Source of the DNA: an uncultured delta proteobacterium
Lineage (GTDB): Bacteria > Desulfobacterota > Binatia > UBA9968
Length of the DNA stretch: 64,000 bases
Assembly (NCBI GenBank): GCA_963737905.1
Contig: CAVTUQ010000019.1
Span: 1-64,000 of the forward strand
Reading direction: 5' to 3'
Shown here: positions 34,501-43,908 of the stretch, in pieces
How the letters are laid out: every line of letters starts with the position of its first letter
Position numbering within the stretch: the stretch's first letter is position 1
Program-made: the position numbers and the translations under genes
Notes under the pieces: generated by a model
What the model was told of the DNA's origin: nothing
The model's input: the letters and a program-made list of their open reading frames with translations, nothing else
Database searches by the model: none

Positions 34501-35509
34501 CTATCCTTTTTGTGATCGATCCGAGTCGGTATTTGCAGGCTTGGAGAACCTACATGTCGCGACCAGATGCGGCTCTATGGGAAGCCATTGATGTCGTTAG
34601 AGACGGTCGCGACGGAAGGAAAAATGGCATTAGCCTCACGTCAGAACAACGCACGGAAGTCATAGCGTCGGTCGGGGCGCGGTTTCCTGAACGTCGGACA
34701 CCCTTCCGACGACTGGATCGATAACCGAGACCCATGGGACGCGTCGGAATTTGTCGGCAAACAAATCAAGCTGTTAGCCACCGACATCTCGCCAACCACT
34801 GATGCTCAACTTGAACGGTTGGAAATTAGTGACGCCTTGTTAAGTTACCGCGAATTGATCAGGCACCAAAGGGCGCAGCATCAAAAGCGGCGGCGTGATT
34901 CTAGCTTTTTGTTTGCATCGCCCGAGCAAGTCGCCCATGCCATTTTAAATTGCGCTCCTGCTACTTCGGGTGATTTTCTGGCTTTCATAGTCGATCACTT
35001 GAACGCCCTATCGCGAGAATTGACCGGAACGCAAAGAGAGAGATACCGCGCCTACTGGAATGAGAGGGGCGTACCTGCAAGCCGAAACGCGAGGAAGAAT
35101 GCTCGGGGTTTTTAGCAGACGATTTACAGAATAGAATTGATGCTCATGGCCTTATAGTTACGGTAGAACACCACATGATTGACAACAAGGAATGCGATAT
35201 AGTCGCGTCGCAGGGAACCGATCGGCTATTGCCGATAGAGGTGAAGCATCACTACAACCCGAAACTTTGGACGGCATGGCAAACCCAGCTCGATCGCCTA
35301 TACACAGAGACGCAAAGGCGGGCAGACTCGGCATCTATCTCGTTCTCTGGTCGGGCGAGGCCAAGAATAGGAAGATGCCGAAGCTTCCGAACGGCATCAA
35401 ACGTCCGACTAGCGCGGCTGAACTTAAGAACGCGATTGAATCACTCGTCCCGGAAGCGGATCGGCACCGGCTTAAAGTGGTCGTCGTGGATATTTCGGAG
35501 CGGACCTGA
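31559..35509 (+). CDS. NACHT/STAND NTPase (NLR-like) with C-terminal PD-(D/E)xK nuclease-like domain, about 1300 aa, broken by many frameshifts
   Basis: Walker A LLGDPGMGKT, Walker B LFLDALDE, SCRAADW, NPQTL, winged-helix IHRTVAEFLAA; C-terminal ECDIV...PIEVK...QLDRLY...GIYLVLW across consecutive + strand ORFs. Confidence 0.72.
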
Positions 35510-35775
35510 TGCCTGCTAACTTCGTTCGAGCTGACAAATGGAAAAAAAAGCGGCAATGGCGGTGAATGTGAATTTCCACTAAATGACGATGGGTGGACGA
35601 CTTCCACTCTGGGCGGTATTCTCTAATTGAACTGAATTCTCCTACAGTCAAACCCCGCGCGCAAACGGGTATGCCAGAAATGTGTACAGAAGCACATTGG
35701 TCAGCGGTTCAGAAAAAATTGATAAGGGGAGTTAAAGGGTCAGGCGTCTCTCCTCTCCCTAATTCAACCTATCTC

Positions 35776-35960
35776 TTCATACCACTCTTCGTGCTGTGAC
35801 CAGCGCTGGCAGCTTAAGCAGATCGTCCAGCGCCATTGGTGACCGGCAGCCAGGGCAGCGCCCGCGGGTCTTAAACATTCCACGCCGTGCCGCCGCCTTC
35901 GAAGAATTACTCCGGGTATCGCCGCAATAATGGGGGCTCGATGCTTTCCGACGCGATACG
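35776..35960 (-). pseudogene. Decayed paralogous copy of the 3' half of the Cys-rich gene at 39288..39644
   Basis: TCATACCACTCTTC..CCAGCGCTGGCAGC..CCAGCGCCATTGGTG..CCCGCGGGTC..TTCCACGCCGT..CCTTCGAAGAA..ACTCCGGGTA aligns with 39301-39475 but with indels. Confidence 0.75.
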
Positions 35961-36100
35961 CCTACCCTTTGTTCGCTTCGGGCTAATCCACAATATTTCT
36001 TTTTGATCTTGAGTCTACGTGGGTTCTTCCTGGGTTGGCGAATCCAGTCCCTGCGTAGTATCTTGAGAGAGATCTCTTTGATCGGGTGATTTGTACTCTT

Positions 36101-36361
36101 ATGCCGACGATCAGCGTTTTCTATGGCATCGTGATTCAGATGTTTTGGCGGGATCATGGGCCGCCGCACTTCCATGCTCTGTACGCCGAGCACGAAGCAT
36201 TGATTGACTTGGTAGACTTGCGTGACATTCGCGGCTCTTTGCCCGAGCGAGCAATGAAGTTAGTATTGGAGTGGGCGACCGAACATCGCGATGAATTGAT
36301 GGAGAATTGGAGCCTGTGCAGTCAACTGAAAACACCGAAGGCAATCGAACCGCTGAAGTAG
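36101..36361 (+). CDS. DUF4160 family protein (HicA-like putative toxin)
   Basis: MPTISVFYGIVIQMFWRDHGPPHFHA.Y...W...H..EL..NW. Confidence 0.88.
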   Translation: MPTISVFYGIVIQMFWRDHGPPHFHALYAEHEALIDLVDLRDIRGSLPERAMKLVLEWATEHRDELMENWSLCSQLKTPKAIEPLK

Positions 36362-36651
36362 AACCGGCGATATGGCATACCGTTCCGTGGCGTGTGACGT
36401 CTGTGACCGCTTTGCCGGATTCTCGGCTTCATGTGACTTTTGTGGATGGGGTGGTCGGGGATGTCGATATGCGCTCGTTTCTGAGCGATCCAAAGATCGA
36501 CAGCACCATTTTCGAGTCGCTGCGGGATCAAGCAGTCTTTGCTCAAGCCCGCGTCGTGCTGGGAGCGGTTCAGTGGCCGAACGGCGCCGATCTGGCCCCG
36601 GATGCGATGTATGATGCCATTCGTGAATATAGCGTTTGGGTTTTGAATTGA
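36307..36651 (+). CDS. DUF2442 family protein (putative antitoxin)
   Basis: L.V.F.DG..G.VD...F..L.D...F......GAV.WPNGADLAPDAMY; overlaps the DUF4160 gene. Confidence 0.85.
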   Translation: MEPVQSTENTEGNRTAEVEPAIWHTVPWRVTSVTALPDSRLHVTFVDGVVGDVDMRSFLSDPKIDSTIFESLRDQAVFAQARVVLGAVQWPNGADLAPDAMYDAIREYSVWVLN

Positions 36652-36860
36652 GACGCCAGGAAGGAAAAGTCACGGAGGCGCAGGCCAAACGAATCGCGGA
36701 TGAGGCCAAGCACTACGCGCGCAAAGCTCGGCGCAGATAGCCTGTGCTCCGAGCGGTCCTTGATGCCAATGTAGTGATCAGTACCGTCAGGACGAATCCT
36801 GACAAGCCCATCTTCTTTCTCTCAAAGCTTACGAAAGTATTCGCATTATAACTCCTCGAG
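36652..36860 (+). pseudogene. Remnant antitoxin C-terminus plus truncated PIN-domain toxin N-terminus
   Basis: ..VTEAQAKRIADEAKHYARKARRR* then GTG 36744 MLRAVLDANVVIS (PIN-type x-VLDxNV motif) that degenerates. Confidence 0.55.
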
Positions 36861-37030
36861 TATTCCTGGGTTTGCTCTAGTCACGGACGGAGAGCGACGC
36901 ATGGATCTTTCGGCGGCGCCATGATAATCAGTTGGCGGCCGGCGCGCTCAGGAGTTGACGCGAATGGCGTCATTTTATTTGTTGTCAGATGCTGGGACGT
37001 TCGGGATTCAAGCGAAAGGCGGTTATTCAA

Positions 37031-38091
37031 ATGCGTTTTGGCATGCAGTTCTATCCGTTGCCCGCCGCCCCACAGACGGCGGCTTACGCCAGGCGGGCGA
37101 TGTCGCAACATCCGTTCGAACGGCTCTGGGTTCCCGATCATCTGACTCACGAGAATCCGTTCGTGACCCTGGCGGCGATTCTCGCCGAAACGCGCGCCAA
37201 TGTGGGCACGTCGGTGACCAACCCCGTGTGCCGGACGCCGGTGGATCTTGCCTCCAGCTTCAGTGCCCTCGCCCATCTGGCGGGCGAGCAGGGCGTCACG
37301 GCGGGAATCGGCGCCGGCTCCGCGTCGTCCAACATGATTCGCAAAGAGCGCCGGATCGGCATGCTGCGCGAGATGATCTTGTTTCTCCGAGAAATGTTTA
37401 GCGGGCGGCGGGTCAGGTTAGGAAAGTTTCCCGACCTGACCGGCTTCTTTCGCCTCGACTCGACGCCGAGGCGTTCCTGCGCATGCCGCCGGAGCGATCG
37501 CCGGAAATTTTTGTCGCGGCCGCCGGGCCGCAGAGCCTAAGAATCGCCGGTGAACTCGGCGACGGTTTGATCATCAGCAACCTCTCCTTTCCCTCGGCAT
37601 TGATTCGTCAAGGCGCTCTGGCGGATGCTCTGGCCAATCTCCCAGTGCGTCGCGCGCATTTCACCAAAGTGCTCCACCTGCATGTCTCGGTGGCGCGCGA
37701 CGGCGCGGCGGCGCGGCGCTGCTCCCGGCGCATGGCCGTCAACGGCCTGATCGGCGGACATCTACTGGGCAAGAGGATGGTCGAGCTGCCGGTGCCGGCC
37801 GCGACGCGGGCCGTCATTCAGGAGGGTCACCGGCAGGGCAAGACCGTTGAAGAACTCGACCCGCTGATCAGCGAGCGCGTGATCGAAGAGAGCGGCATCG
37901 TCGTCGCGGGCACGCCCGCGGAGTGCCTTGCCCAACTCGACGAAGTGCTGCGCTTGGCCAAACCCTATCGCTTCGACATCGTGGACATGGCCTCGCCCCT
38001 CGGCCCCGATTGGAACGAGGCCATCGACATCATCTGCCAGGAGATTCTGCCCGAGCTCGAGCGCCGTTCGAGCGCTTATGTCGAAAATTGA
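37031..38091 (+). CDS. LLM class (F420/flavin-dependent) oxidoreductase (frameshift near 37465)
   Basis: LWVPDH, VGTSVTNP..RTP, IFVAAAGPQSLRIAGELGDG, VAGTPAEC. Confidence 0.82.
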
Positions 38092-38133
38092 TAGCGTAAA
38101 TATCCGCGGCGACAGACGGAAGGAGCACCAACG

Positions 38134-39183
38134 ATGCGGAAGATGTTTATCGTTCTGATTCACGCGTGGCTAACTTCACCGCCAATGATAAGCGCCGCGG
38201 AGCAGCCGTACTTCCAGGGCAAGACCGTGACGCTGCAAGTCGGCGCTCCCGCGGGCGGGAGGCAGGATCGCATCGCCAGAACCATGGCCAAGTATTTCTC
38301 CAAATACACGCCGGGCAATCCGGCATTCTTGATTCAAAACAAGACCGGCGGACAAGGGATACCCGCCATGTTGGCTCTTAGCAAGGGGCCCACCGATGGG
38401 AGCTTCATGTCGACGGTCATCTCCTCGTATTTGGAAGCGCCTTACTTCGGCGCGCCTGGGGCGACGTATGAACCGCGAAGCTTCGTCTACGTTGGCGGTC
38501 CGAGCACCGGCAAACAGCGAAACGTTCTTTTTTTTCATCAACGAGCAGGAATCAAAACGTTGGACGATGTAAAAAGCCGGGAAGTGACCCTCGGCTCCCA
38601 GGGAGTCGGCAGCCGAAGTTATCTCTACTCCCGGCTGATGACCGAAGTTTTGGGGCTCAAGGTTCGGTGGGTCCTGGGCTATGACACGCTCCAGCTCAAC
38701 GTCGCGATGGAGCAAGGCGAGGTGCAGGGCCGGGTGAACGATGCCGCTTCCATGATGACCGATAAGTCCGAATGGTTTGCCAATCGCGAGATTGTTGCGC
38801 TGCTGGCGATGACCTTGCCGGCGGAATTGCCGCCGGTCAAGCATCCGATGTTCGAAGGGATTCCGTCGATTATGCAATTCGCCAAGACCGATGTGCAAAA
38901 AAACATTATTCAGAAAATCAACTCCACCGGCCGGCTGGGCGCCGCTCTGGCTTTCCCGCCGGGAACTCCCGAAGCGATTCGCGGGATCATGGAAGAAGCG
39001 CTGCTAAAAGTCGGCAAGGATCCGGCGTTTAGAAAAGATTGGGAAGAGCTGGTTTTGGAAGGACTTGCGTTCGAGCAGATGTTTTCCGGCAAAGAGATTT
39101 TCGAAAACGTGAAAATCTATACAGATTGGCGGCCCGAAATCCTGAGCATGTACAAGAGGCTGGCCCACGAAGCGCCAAAATAG
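38134..39183 (+). CDS. Tripartite tricarboxylate transporter (Bug/TctC-like) substrate-binding protein
   Basis: YFQGKTVTL.VG..AGG..D..AR, PGNP..L.QN..GG, AMEQGEVQG, PPGTP. Confidence 0.85.
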   Translation: MRKMFIVLIHAWLTSPPMISAAEQPYFQGKTVTLQVGAPAGGRQDRIARTMAKYFSKYTPGNPAFLIQNKTGGQGIPAMLALSKGPTDGSFMSTVISSYLEAPYFGAPGATYEPRSFVYVGGPSTGKQRNVLFFHQRAGIKTLDDVKSREVTLGSQGVGSRSYLYSRLMTEVLGLKVRWVLGYDTLQLNVAMEQGEVQGRVNDAASMMTDKSEWFANREIVALLAMTLPAELPPVKHPMFEGIPSIMQFAKTDVQKNIIQKINSTGRLGAALAFPPGTPEAIRGIMEEALLKVGKDPAFRKDWEELVLEGLAFEQMFSGKEIFENVKIYTDWRPEILSMYKRLAHEAPK

Positions 39184-39287
39184 TTAGATTCAAGGAGTTT
39201 GATTTCGATCGTGAGTGAGTGTCTCTGCCAACCGATTTTGTTTTCGTTGCCTTTGGCGCGAAGTAAAAGGTCTGCCTTGTCTTCGAT

Positions 39288-39644
39288 TCAATCCTGATTC
39301 TCATACCACTCTTCATGCCGCGACCAGCGCTGGCAGCATAGACAGATGGTCCAGCGCCATTGGTGGCCGCAGCCGGGGCAGTGCCCGCGGGTCGTAAACG
39401 TATTCCACGCCGTCCCGCAGCCTTCGAAGAAGTACTCCGGGTAATCGCAGTCGCCGCAATACCAGCGGCTCGATGGGTTCGGACGCCATTTACAAAGCGG
39501 GCAACGAACACGGCTGAACTCTTTCGCTTTGTCGTGAGCTGTAGCTTTCTTAGTGCTTTCCGCTGGCTTCAATCTCTCTTGGAAAAGCCGGAACACTATC
39601 GCGCGATGCAGAAGTTGCAGCACTTGTTTTTGTAGCGGGGCCAT
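39288..39644 (-). CDS. Small Cys/Trp-rich putative multi-zinc-binding protein of unknown function
   Basis: CPLC..WYCGDC..CGTAWNTF..CPGC..W..TICLCC..WSRH..WY. Confidence 0.75.
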   Translation of the reverse strand: MAPLQKQVLQLLHRAIVFRLFQERLKPAESTKKATAHDKAKEFSRVRCPLCKWRPNPSSRWYCGDCDYPEYFFEGCGTAWNTFTTRGHCPGCGHQWRWTICLCCQRWSRHEEWYENQD

Positions 39645-39656
39645 TTCTTTGCTCGT

Positions 39657-40532
39657 TTAAGGCAAGTTCTCAGGCAGGTGTTTGAGAAAGAAGTCTTTAA
39701 TCCTGGTTCGGTAGTCGGAAGCCAATTGACCGTGGGCATACTGTTCGTGGAACCAAAACTCGGCGTTGGGATTTTTTGCCAGGGCCTGCTGCAACAATCG
39801 GGCGTGGGAAAAGGGAATCACGGCATCAGCAGACGAGTGGATCAAGAGGATCGGAATCGTGGTGTTGCGGATACGATCTGCCGGCGATGCATCTCTCACA
39901 TCGACGCCAAGAAAAAGCTTGGCCCAGATACCGACAAGATACGCAATCGGATAGTTGAGCACTGGGATTCGAAGAAGCTCGAAAGCCATGTCCGCGAGAC
40001 TAGCGTAACTTGATTCTGCGATGACCGCTCTGATCTCGGGAGCTTTCTGGATCGCCATCAGAGCCACGGCGCCACCCATAGAAAATCCCCACACGCCTAC
40101 TTCGTTTATCCCTCTAGTTCGCAGAAATTGAATCGCCGCGAGGAGATCTTCGACCTCCTTAGCACCGGCCGTCGAATAGCTCCCCTCGCTTTTCCCGAGA
40201 TAGCGGAAATCGAATAAGAGCAGATTAAAGTCATCATGCAGAAACGCCAGCGCAGGCAAGATATTTCCTTTATCCGCAGGGTAGCCGTGGAGCAGGATCA
40301 ACGTTTTCTGGTTTTTTTTCATAGATGGGATATACCAGCCGCGGAGCGTGAGGCCGTCCGCCGTTCTGAACGACACGTCCTCGTAATTCATCTTCAAGTC
40401 GCGCGGGGTGATTGAGGAGATAATCTTCGGCGGTCGAATCGAAGAATAAAAGCCCCAGAGGCTAATGATGATCAGAACTGAAACGACGATAAGGACAATA
40501 CGGAGGATTGCTGCGTCCACCTTTGCGCGCAT
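39657..40532 (-). CDS. Membrane-anchored alpha/beta hydrolase
   Basis: LRGWYIP, LLHGY, FDFR..G.SEG, GFSMGG nucleophile elbow, D and H downstream; start uncertain. Confidence 0.88.
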   Translation of the reverse strand: MRAKVDAAILRIVLIVVSVLIIISLWGFYSSIRPPKIISSITPRDLKMNYEDVSFRTADGLTLRGWYIPSMKKNQKTLILLHGYPADKGNILPALAFLHDDFNLLLFDFRYLGKSEGSYSTAGAKEVEDLLAAIQFLRTRGINEVGVWGFSMGGAVALMAIQKAPEIRAVIAESSYASLADMAFELLRIPVLNYPIAYLVGIWAKLFLGVDVRDASPADRIRNTTIPILLIHSSADAVIPFSHARLLQQALAKNPNAEFWFHEQYAHGQLASDYRTRIKDFFLKHLPENLP

Positions 40533-40597
40533 TGTCCCCGACGGGGCGAGAGCTGTCAACTTCGCGCTGTAGCCTCGGTTCGCCGATAAAAATTGGT

Positions 40598-40808
40598 TCT
40601 TCCGGGTTTACTGTGAAACAGTATTCACCACGAGAGGGCCAGCGCGGCAGGGCCGCAAGAAAAAGTCAGAATATCTCGCGCAAAGGCGCAAAGCATGTCC
40701 TGAGCGCAGTCGAAGGGACCGCCAAGTTCGGACAAGTAACAAGAAGTTTTTCTTTGCGTCTTGGCGCGATCAATTTTCCAACTCCGCGCCCTCAGCGTCT
40801 CCGTGGTG
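40598..40808. repeat. Composite palindromic intergenic element, related to 43561..43673
   Basis: TTCCGGGTTTACTGTGAA..AGTATTCACC.. and ..CCCTCAGCG.CTCCG.GGT blocks shared with 43561-43673; nested CGCGCAAAGGCGCAAAG/CTTTGCGTCTTGGCGCG arms. Confidence 0.65.
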
Positions 40809-40963
40809 GGTCACATGAAGGTTTGAAGAGCTTAAAATTCAACGGCTATACGAGATTAGTTGATGCATTAACAACTCGCCTTGCAGTTTCATTCGGCCAA
40901 GACTATAGAATCTGTTTAGCTCGGTAACGGGGTTCCAATTATTTGAACGAGACAGGTTGATTC

Positions 40964-42001
40964 ATGAGACTGCCCCATCGTGATCCGATACGTTTGGGTC
41001 CGACACCCTATGAAGTTTTTCAGGAAAGAGAAGGTATTCCTTCCGTCAAAGGGTTTTTTGTCGAAGATTTGATGGATGTCGAGGTCAAACTATGGGAACG
41101 TATGGGCGCCCTGGGGTCGTTTCTGAATCTCGGCGAGCAGCAGGAGACGGACGCGTACGTTTGCGAGATACCGCCCGGCCGGCAGACGAATCCGCAAAGG
41201 CATCTGTTCGAGACCCTCGTTTACATTCACAAGGGCCGCGGCGCGACGACGGTGTGGTTCGAAGAAAATGCTAAACAGACTTTCGAGTGGAGCGCCGGAG
41301 CGATCTTCGCGATTCCGCTGAACGTTTCTTATCAGCATTTCAATGTTTCCAACGAACCGGTGCGTTTTCTTGGCGGCACCAATGCCCCGCACGTGATCAA
41401 TCTGTTTCACAACGATGATTTTATTTTTCGTAATCCGTTCCAGTTCCGCGACCGGTTTCGCCCCGAACGCGAGTTTTTTCAAGAAAATAAACGCCTGACC
41501 GTCCGTTCGTGGGAAAGTAATTTGGTGCCCGACGTCAATGAGTTCGCTCTCGATGATTATCCGATGAAGGGTAAGGGCGTAAAAATCATGCGCTTTGGTC
41601 TCGCGGGAACAACCTATGGCTGCCACGTTCAGGAATTTCCTCCTGGCAGCCGGAGCACGTTTCACCGCCACGGGCCGGGCGCGATTGTCTGTGTGACGCA
41701 AGGAGAAGGCTTCGCCATGGTCTGGCGCGAAGGCGAAGAGCCGACACGTTTCGAGATCAAGCCTGGGTCCATTTATTCGCCCGGCGATCTCATGTACCAC
41801 GGCCATTTCAACACGGGACAGACGACCTTGCGTCACTTCGCCATGCGGGGCCGGAGCCCGAAGTACAGTCAGGACCGCTATCGAACCAAGCTCCATGAAA
41901 TGATTCCGTTCGATGAAGAGCCGCCGGATATTCATCCAATGTTTCTGGAAGAGTTGAAACGAAAGGGCGTAAAGAGCGAAGTCTCATTGGTAGAGGAATA
42001 A
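40964..42001 (+). CDS. Bicupin protein (gentisate dioxygenase-like fold)
   Basis: EIPPG...PQRHLFE..Y..KGRG, FEW..G..F.IPLN..YQHFN; second cupin FHRHGPG...YHGHFN. Confidence 0.82.
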   Translation: MRLPHRDPIRLGPTPYEVFQEREGIPSVKGFFVEDLMDVEVKLWERMGALGSFLNLGEQQETDAYVCEIPPGRQTNPQRHLFETLVYIHKGRGATTVWFEENAKQTFEWSAGAIFAIPLNVSYQHFNVSNEPVRFLGGTNAPHVINLFHNDDFIFRNPFQFRDRFRPEREFFQENKRLTVRSWESNLVPDVNEFALDDYPMKGKGVKIMRFGLAGTTYGCHVQEFPPGSRSTFHRHGPGAIVCVTQGEGFAMVWREGEEPTRFEIKPGSIYSPGDLMYHGHFNTGQTTLRHFAMRGRSPKYSQDRYRTKLHEMIPFDEEPPDIHPMFLEELKRKGVKSEVSLVEE

Positions 42002-42005
42002 AACT

Positions 42006-42040
42006 GTTCAAGGTTCCAAGTTCAAAGTTCAAGGTCAAAA
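42006..42040 (+). repeat. Heptamer tandem array GTTCAAG
   Basis: GTTCAAG GTTCCAA GTTCAAA GTTCAAG GTCAAAA. Confidence 0.7.
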
Positions 42041-42064
42041 GTCTCGGAGATCAGGAGAAATAAG

Positions 42065-43522
42065 ATGGCAGAGCTTGCATATCAAGATTTTCGGAGTTTC
42101 ATCGAAGAGGCGAAAAAGATCAGCGACTATCGGTTGATCGAAGGAGCCGATTGGGACGGCGAGATCGGCGCGTTGGTGGAATCCACGGCGGAGCTTGTGC
42201 CGCAACCGCCGATGCTTCTCTTCGATAAGGTCAAAGGTTATCCGGCCGGCTTTCGGGTTTGCAGCCTTCCCTACGCAGCTTACAAACGGGTTGCATTGGC
42301 GTTGGGTTTGCCCACCGACAAACCCAAACTGGAAATCCTTCGTCTGGCCGCCCGCAAGATACAGTCGGCAAAACCGATTCCGCCGAAGGAAGTGAGCAGC
42401 TCGCCGCTACTGGAGAACAAGTTAACAGGCAGCGACGTCAATCTACTCAAGTTTCCGGCTTTACGCTTTCACGAACACGACGGCGGCCGTTACTTCGGGC
42501 CAGGGGGCGGTCTGATCAACCGCGATCCGGATTCCGGCTACGTCAACACCGGTACCTACCGGATGCAACTCCACGACAAGAGCACGTTGGGATTGTGGAT
42601 GAGCCCCGGGCAAAACGGCCGACAGATTTGCATGAAGTATTGGGAAAAGGGCAAGAGCTGTCCGATGGTGGCGACTTACGGCCAGCATCCGCTGGTTTTT
42701 ATGCCGTCCTACACGAAGTTTCCATACGGCAGCTCAGAGATGGAGGTTTCCGGCGGCCTCATCGGTAAACCCCTGGAAGTTTTTCGCGGGCCCCTCACGG
42801 GCCTGCCGATTCCGGCGTCCTCTGAAATTGCGATCGAAGGCGAAGTGCCGCCACCGTCCGAAGAAGCGCGCGACGAAGGGCCCTTTGGGGAATGGCCGGG
42901 TTATTATTCCGGCGGGACCCTCGGTACCGGCGACAAGCAACCGATCATTCGAGTCAAAGCGATCTATCACCGCAACGATCCGATATTAGAAGACGAAGCG
43001 CCGCTCTGGCCAGGCGCCGTCAAGATGGATTTGCATATCTCCGCGGGTGTTCTCTGGGATCAGCTGGAAAGCGCCGGAATTCAAGACATCGTGGGCGTGT
43101 ACAATCATACTTCCTATCTGACCGTCGTTGCCATCAAGCAAAAATACGCCGGCCATGCCAAGCAGGCGGGCTTGGCCGCGGTGAGTTCCGCCGCCGCGGC
43201 GCGCAACGGCCGCTACGTGGTGGTGGTCGACGAAGATATCGATCCCACTAATCAAAAAGAAGTGCTCTGGGCGATGATGACGCGCGTGGACCCGGCGACC
43301 AACATTGACATCGTCGATGGTTGCTGGAGCACGCCGCTGGACCCGCGCATGCCGCCGGACAAACGGGAGAACCGCGACCACACCAACAGCCGAGGAATCT
43401 TCTACGCCGTGAGGCCGTTTGAGTGGCGGGACAAGTTTCCGAAAGTGAGTCGGTCCAGCCGGGAGCTGCGCGAGAAGACCATCGCCAAGTTCAAAGGAAT
43501 AATTCCATTCCCAGGGGTTTGA
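42065..43522 (+). CDS. UbiD family (prFMN-dependent) decarboxylase
   Basis: LLFDKVKGYP, DGGRY, N.GTYRMQ, EGPFGEWPGYY, VVVVDEDIDP...VLWA..TR. Confidence 0.92.
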   Translation: MAELAYQDFRSFIEEAKKISDYRLIEGADWDGEIGALVESTAELVPQPPMLLFDKVKGYPAGFRVCSLPYAAYKRVALALGLPTDKPKLEILRLAARKIQSAKPIPPKEVSSSPLLENKLTGSDVNLLKFPALRFHEHDGGRYFGPGGGLINRDPDSGYVNTGTYRMQLHDKSTLGLWMSPGQNGRQICMKYWEKGKSCPMVATYGQHPLVFMPSYTKFPYGSSEMEVSGGLIGKPLEVFRGPLTGLPIPASSEIAIEGEVPPPSEEARDEGPFGEWPGYYSGGTLGTGDKQPIIRVKAIYHRNDPILEDEAPLWPGAVKMDLHISAGVLWDQLESAGIQDIVGVYNHTSYLTVVAIKQKYAGHAKQAGLAAVSSAAAARNGRYVVVVDEDIDPTNQKEVLWAMMTRVDPATNIDIVDGCWSTPLDPRMPPDKRENRDHTNSRGIFYAVRPFEWRDKFPKVSRSSRELREKTIAKFKGIIPFPGV

Positions 43523-43560
43523 ATGAACATCAAAGCATCGTCAGCAAAAAAATTGAGCCG

Positions 43561-43673
43561 CTTCCGGGTTTACTGTGAAGAAGTATTCACCGCAGAGACG
43601 GGGAGTTCACGGAGGTCGGAATATTTTCTTGATCAAGAACTCTTTACTCTGTGCCCTCAGCGCCTCCGCGGTT
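43561..43673. repeat. Palindromic intergenic element
   Basis: CACCGCAGAGAC...CTCTGTGCCCTCAGCGCCTCCGCGGT arms; shares blocks with 40598..40808. Confidence 0.65.
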
Positions 43674-43711
43674 AGCCACAGGAAAGCCTGCCAGTCAATC
43701 AGGGGAATTTA

Positions 43712-43850
43712 GTGGCTGAAGTTCTACGATTCGGCATCGCCGGCCTGGGGGTGGCGAGCACACAAATCCTGCCGCCCATTTCAACGTTGCCGTTTATCAA
43801 AGTTAGTGCAGCAGCGGACACGCGCACCGAAGCGCCCGCGAAGTTCGGCT
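43712..43850 (+). pseudogene. Truncated Gfo/Idh/MocA oxidoreductase (dihydrodiol dehydrogenase-like) N-terminus
   Basis: MAEVLRFGIAGLGVASTQILP...VSAAAD Rossmann start, then loss of similarity and an early stop. Confidence 0.7.
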
Positions 43851-43908
43851 GTTGCGCACGATTAAAACATTCACCAGATCGCTCCGTAGCTGAACCTTCG
43901 CAATTCCT

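Noticed and set aside
35511-35540. Integron attC-like half site (CTAACTTCGTTCGAGCTGAC) after the NACHT gene
   Set aside because: Spacing is off, no complementary GTTRRRY arm was found and there is no integrase in the window.
36956-36972. Palindrome TGACGC-N5-GCGTCA upstream of the LLM gene as an operator
   Set aside because: A single 6-bp-arm occurrence with no regulator nearby; could be chance.
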